A stretch of DNA of 64,000 nt from Meyerozyma guilliermondii (taxonomy: Eukaryota), in contig CP128816.1 in the NCBI GenBank assembly GCA_051546255.1, positions 744,001 to 808,000 of the forward strand. The letters are read 5' to 3'. This document shows, piece after piece, positions 51,552 to 62,669 of the stretch. The notes beneath the pieces were generated by a model, which was not told where the DNA came from, ran no database searches, and saw only the letters and a list, made by a program, of their open reading frames with translations. Positions within the stretch are counted from its first letter, which is position 1; every line of letters begins with the position of its first letter. Both the position numbers and the translations under genes were made by a program.

Positions 51552-52427
51552 TCAACCCGGTGGCAACTGCGACACATCCACGATATCCGAAGCTTCCAAA
51601 TCTTCGTCTTGTTCAAACGCTTCCAACGGCGTTCTTGGAAGTGCCATCATACCCGAACGGGCAATCTCCAAAATCCCAAATGGATGCAACAATTGGATAA
51701 ATGACGACACCCGCGAAGGCTTGGCACTCAATTCCACAATCACATTGCGGTCGCTGATGTCCACAATGCGTCCTCCGAATTTTTCGGTGATGGTCAGAAT
51801 GCTACTCAAATGCGAGTGTTTCTGTCTCAATGCTTCGGATGGCGCCAAGTTTGTAGGGTGGAACTGCAGTTCGCTGGCAGACAAGTCGGGAATGTCATCT
51901 GTTTGCAGTTTGTGAGTGGCAATCAATTCCTGGAAATATTCTGGTCCCAATAAGGAAACCCGGGCCAAGAGAAGTTCTCTCTTGATGATCTCCGAGTTGG
52001 TATAATCCAACACCGCGTACACAGGGACCAAGTCTTCGATCTGTCTACGTGCTTGTTCCACCACGGCGTCCTGTCCGGCCAAAACAATCGTCATTCGTGA
52101 CAAATCTTTCACTTCGGTGTTGCAAACCACCAACGAATCAATGTTGAATCCACGTCCTGCAAGAGTTCCGGAAACACTACTCAACACACCAGGCTCGTTC
52201 TGCACCAAACAATTCAAAACATGTTGTTTCCGGGGCGCTTTGGAGGGTAAAGGAGTCTCATACAAGATGGACAGAACCGCTGAATCGGCCGACCAATTTG
52301 GCGTTTCAAAAGTTGGAAGTGGAGGTCTTTTTTGGTTACGGTGGAGCTGCTTGTACGCAAGAGCAGATGTCAGGCTCGACGACTTGCATCGCACCGTTCT
52401 CAAAAAGGGCGACGATTTGAGAAACAT
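51552..52427 (-). CDS. ILV6: Acetolactate synthase regulatory subunit
   Basis: HVLNCLVQNEPGVLS...RGFNIDSLVVCNTEV (ACT domain); ends SQLPPG. Confidence 0.97.
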   Translation of the reverse strand: MFLKSSPFLRTVRCKSSSLTSALAYKQLHRNQKRPPLPTFETPNWSADSAVLSILYETPLPSKAPRKQHVLNCLVQNEPGVLSSVSGTLAGRGFNIDSLVVCNTEVKDLSRMTIVLAGQDAVVEQARRQIEDLVPVYAVLDYTNSEIIKRELLLARVSLLGPEYFQELIATHKLQTDDIPDLSASELQFHPTNLAPSEALRQKHSHLSSILTITEKFGGRIVDISDRNVIVELSAKPSRVSSFIQLLHPFGILEIARSGMMALPRTPLEAFEQDEDLEASDIVDVSQLPPG

Positions 52428-52577
52428 GGTGACTAGTAGAGGTTCTCCAGCTTTTATTTTTCACCGATGCTCGGGCCAGCGGGGTGGTGGGCTGTATGCA
52501 GTACCGGGACAAAGTTGCGAAATGACTCTACAAGATCTATTTGCCAATTGGATGTATTGCAGTATTATATTTGGATA

Positions 52578-52877
52578 TTAAATAAGCAAAAGGGCCACTA
52601 AGGGCGCCAATGGGAGCGTCGGTAGTCCAGCAGCACTGCCTTTTTGGGTGGACGACATGGACTTTGACGAATCTGGTCCTGCAGATACTGATGGTTTTGC
52701 AGCAATTTCAGAAGCCTCAACGTAGGGATCCAGTTGTTGTGGGTCCTGGTGGGGTTTGGGTCTTCCGTAGTCGTCGGTAGCCGACGAAACAAGTCGCCGA
52801 AGGAGAAAATTGGAAACAGAAATGGCATTTGCAGCCGCGCACAAAGCGCATATTACAAGAGTATGTCGAAGCTTCAT
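52578..52877 (-). CDS. Small putative GPI-anchored cell-surface protein (99 aa)
   Basis: Signal peptide MKLRHTLVICALCAAANA; Ser-rich stem; KGSAA followed by a hydrophobic tail; TATATAAA about 25 bp upstream. Confidence 0.7.
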   Translation of the reverse strand: MKLRHTLVICALCAAANAISVSNFLLRRLVSSATDDYGRPKPHQDPQQLDPYVEASEIAAKPSVSAGPDSSKSMSSTQKGSAAGLPTLPLAPLVALLLI

Positions 52878-53072
52878 GATGAATTGAGGCACCAGGCCCG
52901 TTTATATAGTTTGGGGTTTCAGGCTGAAATCTACCCCTCTTGTGTTTTAGACTCATAATTCGGTTTTCGGGGAAAGATCTTGCATATACGTCAAAGCTTC
53001 AGCCGCGCATTCGGGCCATCTCGGTGGTATCGGATATGACTAATTTAATTGACTCTTGCGGCTGAAATGTGT

Positions 53073-53157
53073 ATTCAGTCGAATTCCGCATTCGTCAGAA
53101 TTCTGCATTCAGTCCGCATTCAGTCCAGATTCAGTCCAGAATCAGTCTAGACTCTAG
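53073..53157. repeat. Degenerate 11-bp tandem repeat ATTCAGTCCAG/GC
   Basis: About 7 units between the OPT stop and the GPI-gene promoter. Confidence 0.8.
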
Positions 53158-53207
53158 TATTATGATTCACAGTGACTCATTTATTGTTGCAAATGGGTTG
53201 TATGCAG

Positions 53208-55853
53208 TCATGGAAAATGGCCCTTTCTTAATCCAATATACCCATCAGGAGCATTTTCCGGCTTGAGCCAAGTTGCCTGCCCTTTTCCGCCCTCAATGCC
53301 TTGACTGGACACGTTGTTTCCCCACCAATTGAGTTCGTCGCCGTTATACTGAACTGTGAAAAAAATCATCAACGCACTGAACGCAACTCCGGCCGAAAGA
53401 GCACTGGTTAACAAATAGTTATACTTCTCCCACCATTGCAAGTACCTTCCCTTGATATGGTACATGAAGTAATAAGAGAGATATAGCCCGCCAGTAAAGT
53501 ACAGGAGGTTGTATGGGGCATACAAAAGGAACCCTCCGATGATGATCGTTGGGTGGAAATATCTCGAAAATTTTGTGGGAAGATTCTTCTTGAGCCAAGC
53601 ACAGGGAAAGACCAACACGGCGCCTAGCAAAAAGCACCATTTGAGCTGGGGATAAAGACCGCTGAAAACTTTTGCTGGACCAATTTCTCCATACTGGATA
53701 CTGGAGTAAAAGTATGTGTTTGCGCCGGGACAACTAAACCGGTCTTTTTGGTCAATGTCACATATATCCGCAACATTGTTGATTTGCCAGTTGGCTATAA
53801 TTAACGCTATCACTACACTTAAACCAGTGGCTAGCATTTGACCCTTGAAAATGGCCCGTGGAGGAATCTTGGCATAATGAGCTATCTTTTGATCGGTGAT
53901 GTAATTGCTGGCCTGGCTGTCTATATTGTAGCCGTAGCTCTTGAGGGTGATTAGGGCTATGCCTGAGTTGGGAATACAGTATCCTACCAAAAGTTCCACG
54001 AGAACATTGAGCCCAAAAGTGAATCCGGTAACAGACGCAATTGCTGTGATGGGAATTAGGAACAAAAAATTGACGCCAATGGTGAGGAAAACTCCCCATA
54101 CCGGTGTCTCGGTTGGATAGAGCGAAACACATAATATGGCACACACAACGCTCACACATAAAATGGACAAAAACCACCAGTTGGGAACCTCTTCATATTT
54201 GGACATCATTTTGCAATGAGCATCTTCTCTGTACTTTCCAAAAGTATCTGTGGAACGAAAGTCCGTCACCAGACCCCACACGTTTATAAAGCTGGTCTTC
54301 ATCGAGTCCCATTCTGTGATAAAATGGTACAAAATTGCAAAAGGATAAAGGCAGAAATGGGCTCCATAAAGCACCAAATTCGCAGCGCTGAAGTACGGAG
54401 GTCCTACCTTGTTGTACTTGGCACTATCAAAGGCATTCTTGCTGTCTAGAATGTCGTGAACATTGTAAACTTGACCCTTGTTGTTGAAAAGTTGGTTGGA
54501 ATTAATGGGAAAATATCCACTCCACTTATTGTTGGTGTAGTAAACTCCCAAAATCACAAAAAAGCCCATGAACGCTCCAGCATAGCTGTTGACATAGGTA
54601 TAGTACGGCAAGGTGAGACAAAGACCAGAATTGAGCATGTTCCAGTCGAATGAAGGTATGGGATTGAGACCCAAACCATGCTTGAATCCGGCAATATTAT
54701 TCAAATGAACCAGATTGGGATTGAACCAAGTGGGCCAGTTGAAGTATGAAAGAGCTGTGAATAAGTATGAGGGGATCCAATTGTAGAGAAAACTGGCCAC
54801 GAAAACGACGAAAAAAAACCGGTACCTTGAAATTTTCCACCCATTGATGGCAGGACTGTGGGGTAATTCTGGGGTGATGAGTGCTCTGTTGAGAGCTATA
54901 GTTGGAAGTATGGTGGGCCAGATTGCAATCTTGGGATAGATACACACTTTTCTCATGATTCCAGCAAACCCAAATCCTAAAAATTGGGTCGAAACTATGA
55001 GCAAAACTTGAAAAAATGGTGTTACCCACTTGAGATTGTAGAACCTTTCAAGTTTCATCACAAAAATATTGTATATCAGGTATGGAGTCCCAGCAGAACA
55101 AGAGTACATTATGGTGCTCAACATCATTTCCTTGGCAGTGAAGGGTCCAGGATTAAGTTCTAGGGTCCAATTTTTCACTTTGATCTGCTCGGGCATGTAT
55201 TTTTCCCAAAGTCTACCGGTGGGAAGAAGAAGTAATTGCACCGTATGGGGTCCAAGCGATATAGAAGGAAGTCTGTGGACGAAAAAATTGTTGATGATGG
55301 ACCCAATAAATGTCCAAAATAGCCCAATTGAGTACGCACGGATCGTTGCAACTGGAATATGGGGGTCGTCTGTGGGGTCTGTGATGGCCCGAATTTCGGG
55401 GTATGGTGAATGGTACTTTATAAGAGCGGCTTCAATGCGTACTTGTAAATTCCAATCCGAGACATTTTCTTGACTGGAATCTTGAGGAATCATCGCTACC
55501 AATTGGTGTATAAAATTGTAGTCTTCTTTTGAGAAATTGACATCACCATTGTGTTCAACTAGTGCTTCTCGCAAAATGCCCAAAGACTCGTCAATGGTGA
55601 TGTTTGTGATCCGTTCCATCATATAGAGGGTGTCGGGCAGAAGAAACTCTAATGTTTCCTCGACAGGAACATGCGTAACTGAGTCAGAAATTACTCCAAG
55701 TTTCAAGAGAATCAAGTGAAGTTGGTGTGGAGAAAGCGATGATGTCCCAGACTTAGGCTGCTCACCAAGCTCAACTTGTTCACCGAGGAACGGCTGGCTA
55801 AGCTCAGTTGACTTGTGGTGGTCGCCCAAGTCGTCCAATTCAACGTAGCTCAT
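53208..55853 (-). CDS. OPT-family oligopeptide transporter
   Basis: SPYPEIRA, LNPGPFTAKE, DQKIAHYAKIPPR; many TM segments. Confidence 0.95.
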   Translation of the reverse strand: MSYVELDDLGDHHKSTELSQPFLGEQVELGEQPKSGTSSLSPHQLHLILLKLGVISDSVTHVPVEETLEFLLPDTLYMMERITNITIDESLGILREALVEHNGDVNFSKEDYNFIHQLVAMIPQDSSQENVSDWNLQVRIEAALIKYHSPYPEIRAITDPTDDPHIPVATIRAYSIGLFWTFIGSIINNFFVHRLPSISLGPHTVQLLLLPTGRLWEKYMPEQIKVKNWTLELNPGPFTAKEMMLSTIMYSCSAGTPYLIYNIFVMKLERFYNLKWVTPFFQVLLIVSTQFLGFGFAGIMRKVCIYPKIAIWPTILPTIALNRALITPELPHSPAINGWKISRYRFFFVVFVASFLYNWIPSYLFTALSYFNWPTWFNPNLVHLNNIAGFKHGLGLNPIPSFDWNMLNSGLCLTLPYYTYVNSYAGAFMGFFVILGVYYTNNKWSGYFPINSNQLFNNKGQVYNVHDILDSKNAFDSAKYNKVGPPYFSAANLVLYGAHFCLYPFAILYHFITEWDSMKTSFINVWGLVTDFRSTDTFGKYREDAHCKMMSKYEEVPNWWFLSILCVSVVCAILCVSLYPTETPVWGVFLTIGVNFLFLIPITAIASVTGFTFGLNVLVELLVGYCIPNSGIALITLKSYGYNIDSQASNYITDQKIAHYAKIPPRAIFKGQMLATGLSVVIALIIANWQINNVADICDIDQKDRFSCPGANTYFYSSIQYGEIGPAKVFSGLYPQLKWCFLLGAVLVFPCAWLKKNLPTKFSRYFHPTIIIGGFLLYAPYNLLYFTGGLYLSYYFMYHIKGRYLQWWEKYNYLLTSALSAGVAFSALMIFFTVQYNGDELNWWGNNVSSQGIEGGKGQATWLKPENAPDGYIGLRKGHFP

Positions 55854-56005
55854 CTACACTTTCAGCACAAATCGCGATAATGCGAGATGCGGACATGAAA
55901 TCGATCGCGCAGCTTCTACTGCATACGCCAAAATTAAACATAGTACAATTATCCTCTATAGACTACACAGCCTGATACACGAACTGATGCCGGCTCATGC
56001 TCGCA

Positions 56006-58111
56006 TTATATTTCCTCCTTGAACAAACCGCCCTTGTTTTTCTCGTTGCTGGACGAAATGTCATCGAAATCAGCGTTGCTAGCCTCGGAAATCAGATGCT
56101 CCTTTTTCACAGATTTGGCTCTGGGAACTGGCTCGGCAGCCTTGGGAGGTTTCGAGGAAAAGTACTTGGTGAAACGCTTGAGCCCGCTCTTTTTCTCGTT
56201 TTTGGCACTAGAAACCGCCGGTTTGGAGGTGGGTGCAACTTTGGAAACCGGAGCTGTTGTCTCTTTAGGTTCTTTTTTTGCAGCCACGTTCAGTGGTTTT
56301 TGTTCTGGAACCTCGTCGTCTCCAAATAAGTCCCCCACGTCTCTCAATTTCTTCTCGTTGACCTCCTTTCTCATGTGCTCAGGCAATTCGGCGTTGATGG
56401 CATGTTCTTCTTTAACCCTTTCATCCAAGTTTTTAAGAATCAACTGCTTCTGTTCCTTCTTGGTGACCAAATGATCCTTCTGCTGGGTTTCCAAGTCCTG
56501 GATTTTCGCATCCAATTCTTTGTGCGAGTCCTCAGCCAACTTCAACTCGTCGGCCAGCTGCTGATGAAGCTCATCCACTTCCTTGCTAGTGTCCTCTGCG
56601 GTCCTGGTGGACTCCTCAAGGTCCCCAGTATACTTCTCAATGTCTGCCTTGACCGTTTCCAACTTTTCGTTAAGTTCAACAACCTTCTTCTCATACTCTT
56701 CCTGGTGGGTTTCTCCAGTCTTAACTTCTTCACGAAGCTGGTCGCGAGCATCGGTAACTTCCTTAAGCTTGGTGGTTTCAACCTCCAACTCCTCCAAAAC
56801 AGGCTTCAATACTTCATCTTTTTCTGCCTGCATTTCCTCCAATTCTTTCTTACGCTCGTCAATCTTGGCTTGTTCTTCTTCATCGATTCTCGCCTGGTTC
56901 TCCAGCTTCTCTGCCAACAAAGTCTCCTTCTCCTCGGCGTACTGGGCTTCTTTCTCCTTCAATTCAGCTACCTTTTGCTTGAGTTCTTCTTCTCTTTCAG
57001 CCTGGTAATCTGCATACTTGGTTCTTTCCTCTTCTTTACGAGCCTCATTGGCGTCCAACCGCTCCTTCTTTGCCTTCTCCAACTCGGCCTTCTCCTTGAG
57101 CTTCCTCTCGATTTCCTCTTGCTTGGCCTTGTCGTGTTTCTTGACGAGTTCTTCCTGCTTTTTCTTCGCAGAAGCATCCGCATCCCGCTGAGCTGAAGCT
57201 TTAGTGGAAATATCACTCAACACAGGCTGAACCACCAACGCTGCCATGGCATCCAACTCCTTCTGGGTCATCGTCAAACCTCCACCGAGATCTATATGAC
57301 CTTCAGCGTTGCGTTTCAATCTCTCATTGCTATTTTTTTGCGCAATAGCCAATGCATTGGCATACGCTTGAGCCTGAGCTTTGAAATCTCCTGGCTGCAG
57401 AGACAACGTTTGCAAGCGCTCTTGGGCACGAGCATTGGCAGCTCCCAACAAGGTACTTCCTACGACATCTGAAGCCTTAAATGAGGTACTTCTCGTCTTG
57501 AGAGATGCTGCATCACTAGCACCCGCGCCGTGCTTAAGCGATGCAGCTGCACCTTCTGCTGCAAGATCCTCCTCATCCTGGTTCAAGTACTCTGCGGGTT
57601 TTTGCTTCAAACCGGACCGGTAATCGAGTTCCGGGTTAAATCTCAGGTTGAGAGATTTGGACGAGTTTTTCGTGGCCAATTCGGAAATCTTGTGGATGTT
57701 CAACGATGCATCTGCCGCCTTGGGTGCAAGTCCACTTCTGTAGTCTTTTTCCGGCTCAGTTCTCGTCGACATCGACATAGTTGAGTTCCGGGATGCTGCA
57801 GCATAAATTCCCGACCCAGTAAATGAGGGGACACCAAGACCAATTCCGGACGATGACGAGGATTTCTTGACTTCCGGTTGTGGCTTCTGGCTCTTTGCTG
57901 CCACTGCAGCGGTATGCGCCTCTGCAGCCACCGTGCGTTCATACGATGGCTTCACAGTAAGGTCGGTACTTGCTGCGAGTAATGCAGCTGCATCGGACGC
58001 AGAAGAATTGACACCTACAGTTGGCAAACCAGGTGAATGGTAAACACCCTGCTTTAACTTCTGTTGATATATCGCCTGGGGCGATAACTTTTGGTTCAGA
58101 TAAACCGACAT
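56006..58111 (-). CDS. EIS1: Eisosome protein Eis1-like
   Basis: SDAAALLAA, IDLGGGLTMTQKELDAMA, long coiled coil, C-terminal GLFKEEI. Likely start is ATG 58111. Confidence 0.75.
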   Translation of the reverse strand: MSVYLNQKLSPQAIYQQKLKQGVYHSPGLPTVGVNSSASDAAALLAASTDLTVKPSYERTVAAEAHTAAVAAKSQKPQPEVKKSSSSSGIGLGVPSFTGSGIYAAASRNSTMSMSTRTEPEKDYRSGLAPKAADASLNIHKISELATKNSSKSLNLRFNPELDYRSGLKQKPAEYLNQDEEDLAAEGAAASLKHGAGASDAASLKTRSTSFKASDVVGSTLLGAANARAQERLQTLSLQPGDFKAQAQAYANALAIAQKNSNERLKRNAEGHIDLGGGLTMTQKELDAMAALVVQPVLSDISTKASAQRDADASAKKKQEELVKKHDKAKQEEIERKLKEKAELEKAKKERLDANEARKEEERTKYADYQAEREEELKQKVAELKEKEAQYAEEKETLLAEKLENQARIDEEEQAKIDERKKELEEMQAEKDEVLKPVLEELEVETTKLKEVTDARDQLREEVKTGETHQEEYEKKVVELNEKLETVKADIEKYTGDLEESTRTAEDTSKEVDELHQQLADELKLAEDSHKELDAKIQDLETQQKDHLVTKKEQKQLILKNLDERVKEEHAINAELPEHMRKEVNEKKLRDVGDLFGDDEVPEQKPLNVAAKKEPKETTAPVSKVAPTSKPAVSSAKNEKKSGLKRFTKYFSSKPPKAAEPVPRAKSVKKEHLISEASNADFDDISSSNEKNKGGLFKEEI

Positions 58112-58310
58112 TGAAGTTGATACAAATTGGTTGCTGGTTTCGTGATGAAATTGGGTTCCCCCGAAGTAGGTGTATGGGTGTGTTCCCATTTCCGAGGGAC
58201 CGTCTCCTGGGGGTAGGTGCAGGAAAAATGACCACTTGAGTTTACATTTATCCGCATGTGGAAGGGCGGCGCATTCGCTCGCGTGGTCGTGCAGGAACAT
58301 TCTGCGGAGC

Positions 58311-58356
58311 GGCTTCTACACAGGTTCCACACAGTTTCTACACAGGCTTCTACACA
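58311..58356. repeat. Tandem repeat, 4 x 11-12 bp (GGCTTCTACACA)
   Basis: Direct copies downstream of the MSN4 stop. Confidence 0.8.
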
Positions 58357-58401
58357 TGATTACAGATCCACGAAGTCATACTGAGTATTCGGTCCTATTT
58401 G

Positions 58402-59775
58402 CTACTTACTGGCCCTTCTTCCTCCTCTGTTGTGCACATTGGGGTTGCCGTAGATAATCGATGTAGATCCATTGGCATTGACCTTGTAGTGTGTCTTCAA
58501 GTGCTGGGCAAGATTGTCAGATCTACTGAATTTCTTGTCGCAATACTTGCAATGGAACGGTCTTATGTTAGAATGCACCGACCGGATATGCCGCTTGAGG
58601 TGCTCGGACCGCTTGAATTGTTTCGAACAATCTGGACAGGGAAATGGTTTTCCATCATCGTCATCGTCGGCTGTAGAACTTGGAGACACTTTATGGACCG
58701 GCGTCATTGGAGTAGTTGCTGTTGATGAGGCAGAGGGTAATGATTGTGGGGCGTGTGGGTCGTTTCCTGTATTGGTTTCCATGTCTTCTTCCACATTTTC
58801 GTCGACATTTTCGTCAGTTTCCATCATGGAACTACGACGTCTTCGTCTGGTTTCCATTCTTCTGTCGGCGGGCCGACTAACAACCTGGATCGAATTGCGC
58901 CGGCGGTAATGAGGAGGCTTGATGATTCCGGTGGGATTGACGACAATTTCCGCTGCTCGAAGGTCGCGCTCGTCGGCATTCTTGAGGGTATTGTTGAGCC
59001 AGTACGAAATGGCGTTGAAACATTCGTCGTTCATATTGAAGTCAAATGCGTTGGGAGAGCTGATGGAGTGCAGCCGTTTGGGTGCTGGTGGATTGGAGCC
59101 ATTTTGGCTCTCGAGGAAAAGTGTGGAAAGAGCTGGAGAAGACGATGAAGATGGAAGAATGTACTTTGCGGTTCCGTTGTTGTTTGGTTGGGTGGAAGCG
59201 GAGGCTTGGTTGGGTTGCATATTGAGCAATTGGAGCGGATTAATGGTGGGATTTTCCAGGTCGTTTTGGTCCTGGGATCTGGGGAAAATGCCGTTTCGTG
59301 GAGACGGAGTCAGCGTCGAAGATAAGGGAGCTGGTGGCTTGATGCTCAACAAATTGAGTTGGTCTATGGGAAGACTCGACGTGGAAGACAGTCGGTGATG
59401 TTTGGGCGGAGAAACAAACTCCGGGGTGGTATTGGCAGTGGTTTTTGGTTGCGGCAACGACGACGAAGATGACGACATCAGCGCTCTTATGTGGGAGTAT
59501 TCGTCAGCTGGCGGGCCAAAAAACACCTCGTTGTGCAATTCAAGCTGGGAATTGAGATCGGGCACCTCCATAGAGGGAAACTCGGGCAATTCATGGAGTC
59601 GCTCGAAACCGTAGCCAGTTGCAGCCATAGCTGCGGCAGTGGCAGACGAGCTGGACCGGAGCTGGGTGGGATCCTGGTACTCCGCGGGCATGTCCGTGGG
59701 CGGGTCTGTGGGGGTTCCAAGCCCGGAGGTGTAGTTTGTGAGGTAGGTGTCGAACACCAGTGATTGTTGCGCCAT
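58402..59775 (-). CDS. MSN4: Msn2/Msn4-type C2H2 stress-response transcription factor
   Basis: KPFPCPDCSKQFKRSEHLKRHIRSVH...FSRSDNLAQHLKTH; PKA-type sites RRRNS and RRSS. Confidence 0.85.
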   Translation of the reverse strand: MAQQSLVFDTYLTNYTSGLGTPTDPPTDMPAEYQDPTQLRSSSSATAAAMAATGYGFERLHELPEFPSMEVPDLNSQLELHNEVFFGPPADEYSHIRALMSSSSSSLPQPKTTANTTPEFVSPPKHHRLSSTSSLPIDQLNLLSIKPPAPLSSTLTPSPRNGIFPRSQDQNDLENPTINPLQLLNMQPNQASASTQPNNNGTAKYILPSSSSSPALSTLFLESQNGSNPPAPKRLHSISSPNAFDFNMNDECFNAISYWLNNTLKNADERDLRAAEIVVNPTGIIKPPHYRRRNSIQVVSRPADRRMETRRRRRSSMMETDENVDENVEEDMETNTGNDPHAPQSLPSASSTATTPMTPVHKVSPSSTADDDDDGKPFPCPDCSKQFKRSEHLKRHIRSVHSNIRPFHCKYCDKKFSRSDNLAQHLKTHYKVNANGSTSIIYGNPNVHNRGGRRASK

Positions 59776-61000
59776 TATAGACGGCGATAAGGCTGGGCGC
59801 GCGAAGCTGAGTTACGCAAGATGATAGGAAATACCGTGCGCGGACTGAGAATTACGCCGCAGTTCGTGAGTTACCCACGTATGGCCGCACGACAGTGGTA
59901 CCACGTTGTGGTAGGCAAGTGAGTGCCACGGATTTTTTGTTAGTTGTTTCGGGTAAAGAAACCGGCCCGTGGATGCGGAAGCGTGCAAATGTTCGGACAC
60001 TTCAGCTGCCGCGATTTGAGTGGCAAAATTAACCAAACTTATCAATGCCGAGACCGGCTACTGTGGCAGAGATAAGCAAAAAAAGTGAGATTTTTAGGTT
60101 GAAAAACACCGATAAACTCGTTTGATGAAGCAAAAGTATACTTCCGGGGCTACTGGTTGCTTCTAGCTCACCAAAAGTTCGAAATTTCGCTCGGAAAAAC
60201 TCCAAATTCAAACACCAACACACTATCAAAAATAGCCAATCGACACTTTTGGCTCCAAATTGTGTTTCTGATAAGTTTTAGGGTTACACAACTAATTTTG
60301 GGAGTAAATTGGGCCCTCACGAAAGAAGATGCCACAAAATGAACCGGCGGTTGCTCTGACAAATGACGGTGAAAATGAGCTATACAATCAGATGGAAACT
60401 TGTCGGGAAAAACCCGCAGCTGCATTAGATAAGCGTGCGGGTGTCAGATCGGCAGGTGTCTGGGTGTGTGGCAGACGGTGGGCGGAGCGGCGGCAAAACG
60501 ACCAAAAGATGTGGGATGGATTCTGTGGACGATTGTGGTAATAGAGGGTAGTACTATACTTGCTGAAAGTTTGTGAAATTTGGCGAAATTTGTGGTTTTT
60601 TTTGGCGATTCTGCGACATTTGCAGCATCGGTGCAATGTCGTGCCGTGCGCTGCGGGGTGGTGTAAAGGTGGGGAAGGGTGTGGGGATGTGGCGCCAAGA
60701 ACCACTGCGGTCACGAAGATGATGGTGTTTTTGGGTGTTGTGAAGAGCAGGTTGGCAAGTGCAGTGGGTGCGCAATACTGGTGCGCAGTGTGCGCAGTAG
60801 TGGTGCGCCATCGTACGTCGCATTGCGGTGCGACTGCGGTGAGATGATTAGTTTGTGCATGCATATGCGCAAATTGCAGCGGAAAAGTTGCCACAAACGG
60901 CGCTCGTTCCGGTGCAACATACAGAAAAGCAGATTCATTTAAATACATCAGATTCACAAATTCGCATAATATAGCCTTCATAAATAGTCTAGCTTCCAAT

Positions 61001-61468
61001 TCATTGTGGCGGCCGCTGATAAAGAAGAAAACCAGATTTGACTCCGATTTTGGTATACAACAATTGAGCACGATGATTCTCAAATTGAGTGCTCCAGTAA
61101 CACTTTTTGCAATTGAGTCTATCGGCCTCGCTGAAGCCATATTCCATCAATTTGCGCCCTGTTCCCTTGAGCCTGCACTTGGAAGACACAAATAAGTCAT
61201 TTAAATAGAGGGCATTTTCCACCGTCCAAGTGTTCCTATGAGTCAAATAATTGAGAAAACCAATCAATTCTCCGGTGGAATCGTCCACGGCAACAATTGA
61301 GTACACAGGCTCGTTTTCGTCCAAAAATCTCGAGAATGTCACCTCCGACACATCTTTGGAAACCTTGTCCATGGCCTTGTAAAATACTAAATAAGAGTCT
61401 TCTCCTCTCCACAATTCTAGCCACGCTTCCTTGTCGTCTTTTGTAATTGGTCTGATTGTCACTGACAT
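61001..61468 (-). CDS. GNAT acetyltransferase, Hpa2/Hpa3 family
   Basis: TFSRFLD, HRNTW, YLNDLFV...RLKGTGRKL, YWSTQFENHRAQLLYTKIG. Confidence 0.88.
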   Translation of the reverse strand: MSVTIRPITKDDKEAWLELWRGEDSYLVFYKAMDKVSKDVSEVTFSRFLDENEPVYSIVAVDDSTGELIGFLNYLTHRNTWTVENALYLNDLFVSSKCRLKGTGRKLMEYGFSEADRLNCKKCYWSTQFENHRAQLLYTKIGVKSGFLLYQRPPQ

Positions 61469-62669
61469 TTTTGGGGTTTTAGGGTCGTGAGACTGTTTTA
61501 TATCTTTTGCTAAACCCTAATCTACGCATCGACCTGCCCAAAAGGGAAATTCGCAATGGCTCGAACGATGGCTCATAAATGAGTCAGTAAAGAATAGAGT
61601 CAAATTTGCTTTTTTTGGTTGATTGTGGGCCCAGTATGATTAGAAAACTCGCTTGAATCTTGCTTTTTCCTGGCAATGACTCTGGACCATTTTAGTGTCG
61701 TAATTCTTATCGGCCGTATGGCTGCAAATTCGTTGATAGATTTAATTAAAAAGAATCTTTCACTAATGTATGAATTGATGTAAGACTCGAATGAACTGTA
61801 ACTGATATAAGAAAGCGACTATACTAGCTTACTACCTAAATTATACCTGTAGCGAAGAAAAGGTGAGAAGAGTAGAAAAGTATAGAGACACATTTAAAGA
61901 AGAATAGAATAAGATTACAAGAAGAACATTCAGCTGTATGACTTGAAACTGATTCATTTTTGAAAATCTTGAAAAACCAGCGTAGTGTCGTAGCTTAAAT
62001 TGACAATAATTGCCTAATTTTTGAAATATACAATATATTTCGCATACTGAATCTAAGGAAGAACTTATTTCTCATAATCTATTGTTGGGATAATCAAGGA
62101 ACTCACAACGTGCAAAATACAAGATAGTTGAAATATGCTAAATTTATTCAATAACACAAGAACTGTTGAACAAGTTTATTTGGTGCTATTATCATTATAG
62201 CTTTACACTTGAACCTGAACCTGAAGAAAGTTGACCAAAACAGTCCTTATTTTCTACCACTAATAAGATGGTTGGAGAGTTTTCAGCTTAGTGCTGAGCT
62301 ATCATGAAATGTGTACTGGCTCCAAAACAGTTGAAGAATGACTGATTTGGGTTATTTCTGAATGGAGTGAATGGGTCTTATAATACAAGACTTCAAGCTA
62401 GGTTGGCATGAGTTGGTCTGAAGTGGACTTGCTTTAGAATCTTGCAGACAAGTCAAGTTTACCTCAAATTGTTAACGAGTAGATTCGCTGCATATTTGGA
62501 AGATTGTTGTCCAATTTTTTTGTGATTTGACTTGATATCCATATCGCTTCAATTCTTGAGGTTTAATAGAATTAGAATGCAGTTTGCATTCCTTCAAGGT
62601 TGAAGCACATATGAAAATCAATTATTCAGCCGTATCAGTAGTAAATCAATTACTATCATCCAACATTTC

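Noticed and set aside
56375..57196. 273-aa plus-strand Leu/Phe-rich ORF
   Set aside because: Antisense shadow of the Glu/Lys-rich EIS1 coiled coil.
58112..58300. N-terminal extension of EIS1 (similar extensions in TPS1, PTC4, ATG14, ACO2)
   Set aside because: Upstream in-frame starts give non-conserved-looking sequence; family-typical N-termini begin at downstream ATGs.
60388..61140. 250-aa minus-strand ORF
   Set aside because: Overlaps the GNAT gene out of frame, has Cys/His/Thr-skewed composition and no motif; probably a chance ORF in GC-rich DNA.
61500..62660. AT-rich 1.1-kb gap as centromere, origin or LTR
   Set aside because: No terminal repeats, TG..CA boundaries or other diagnostic feature could be identified.
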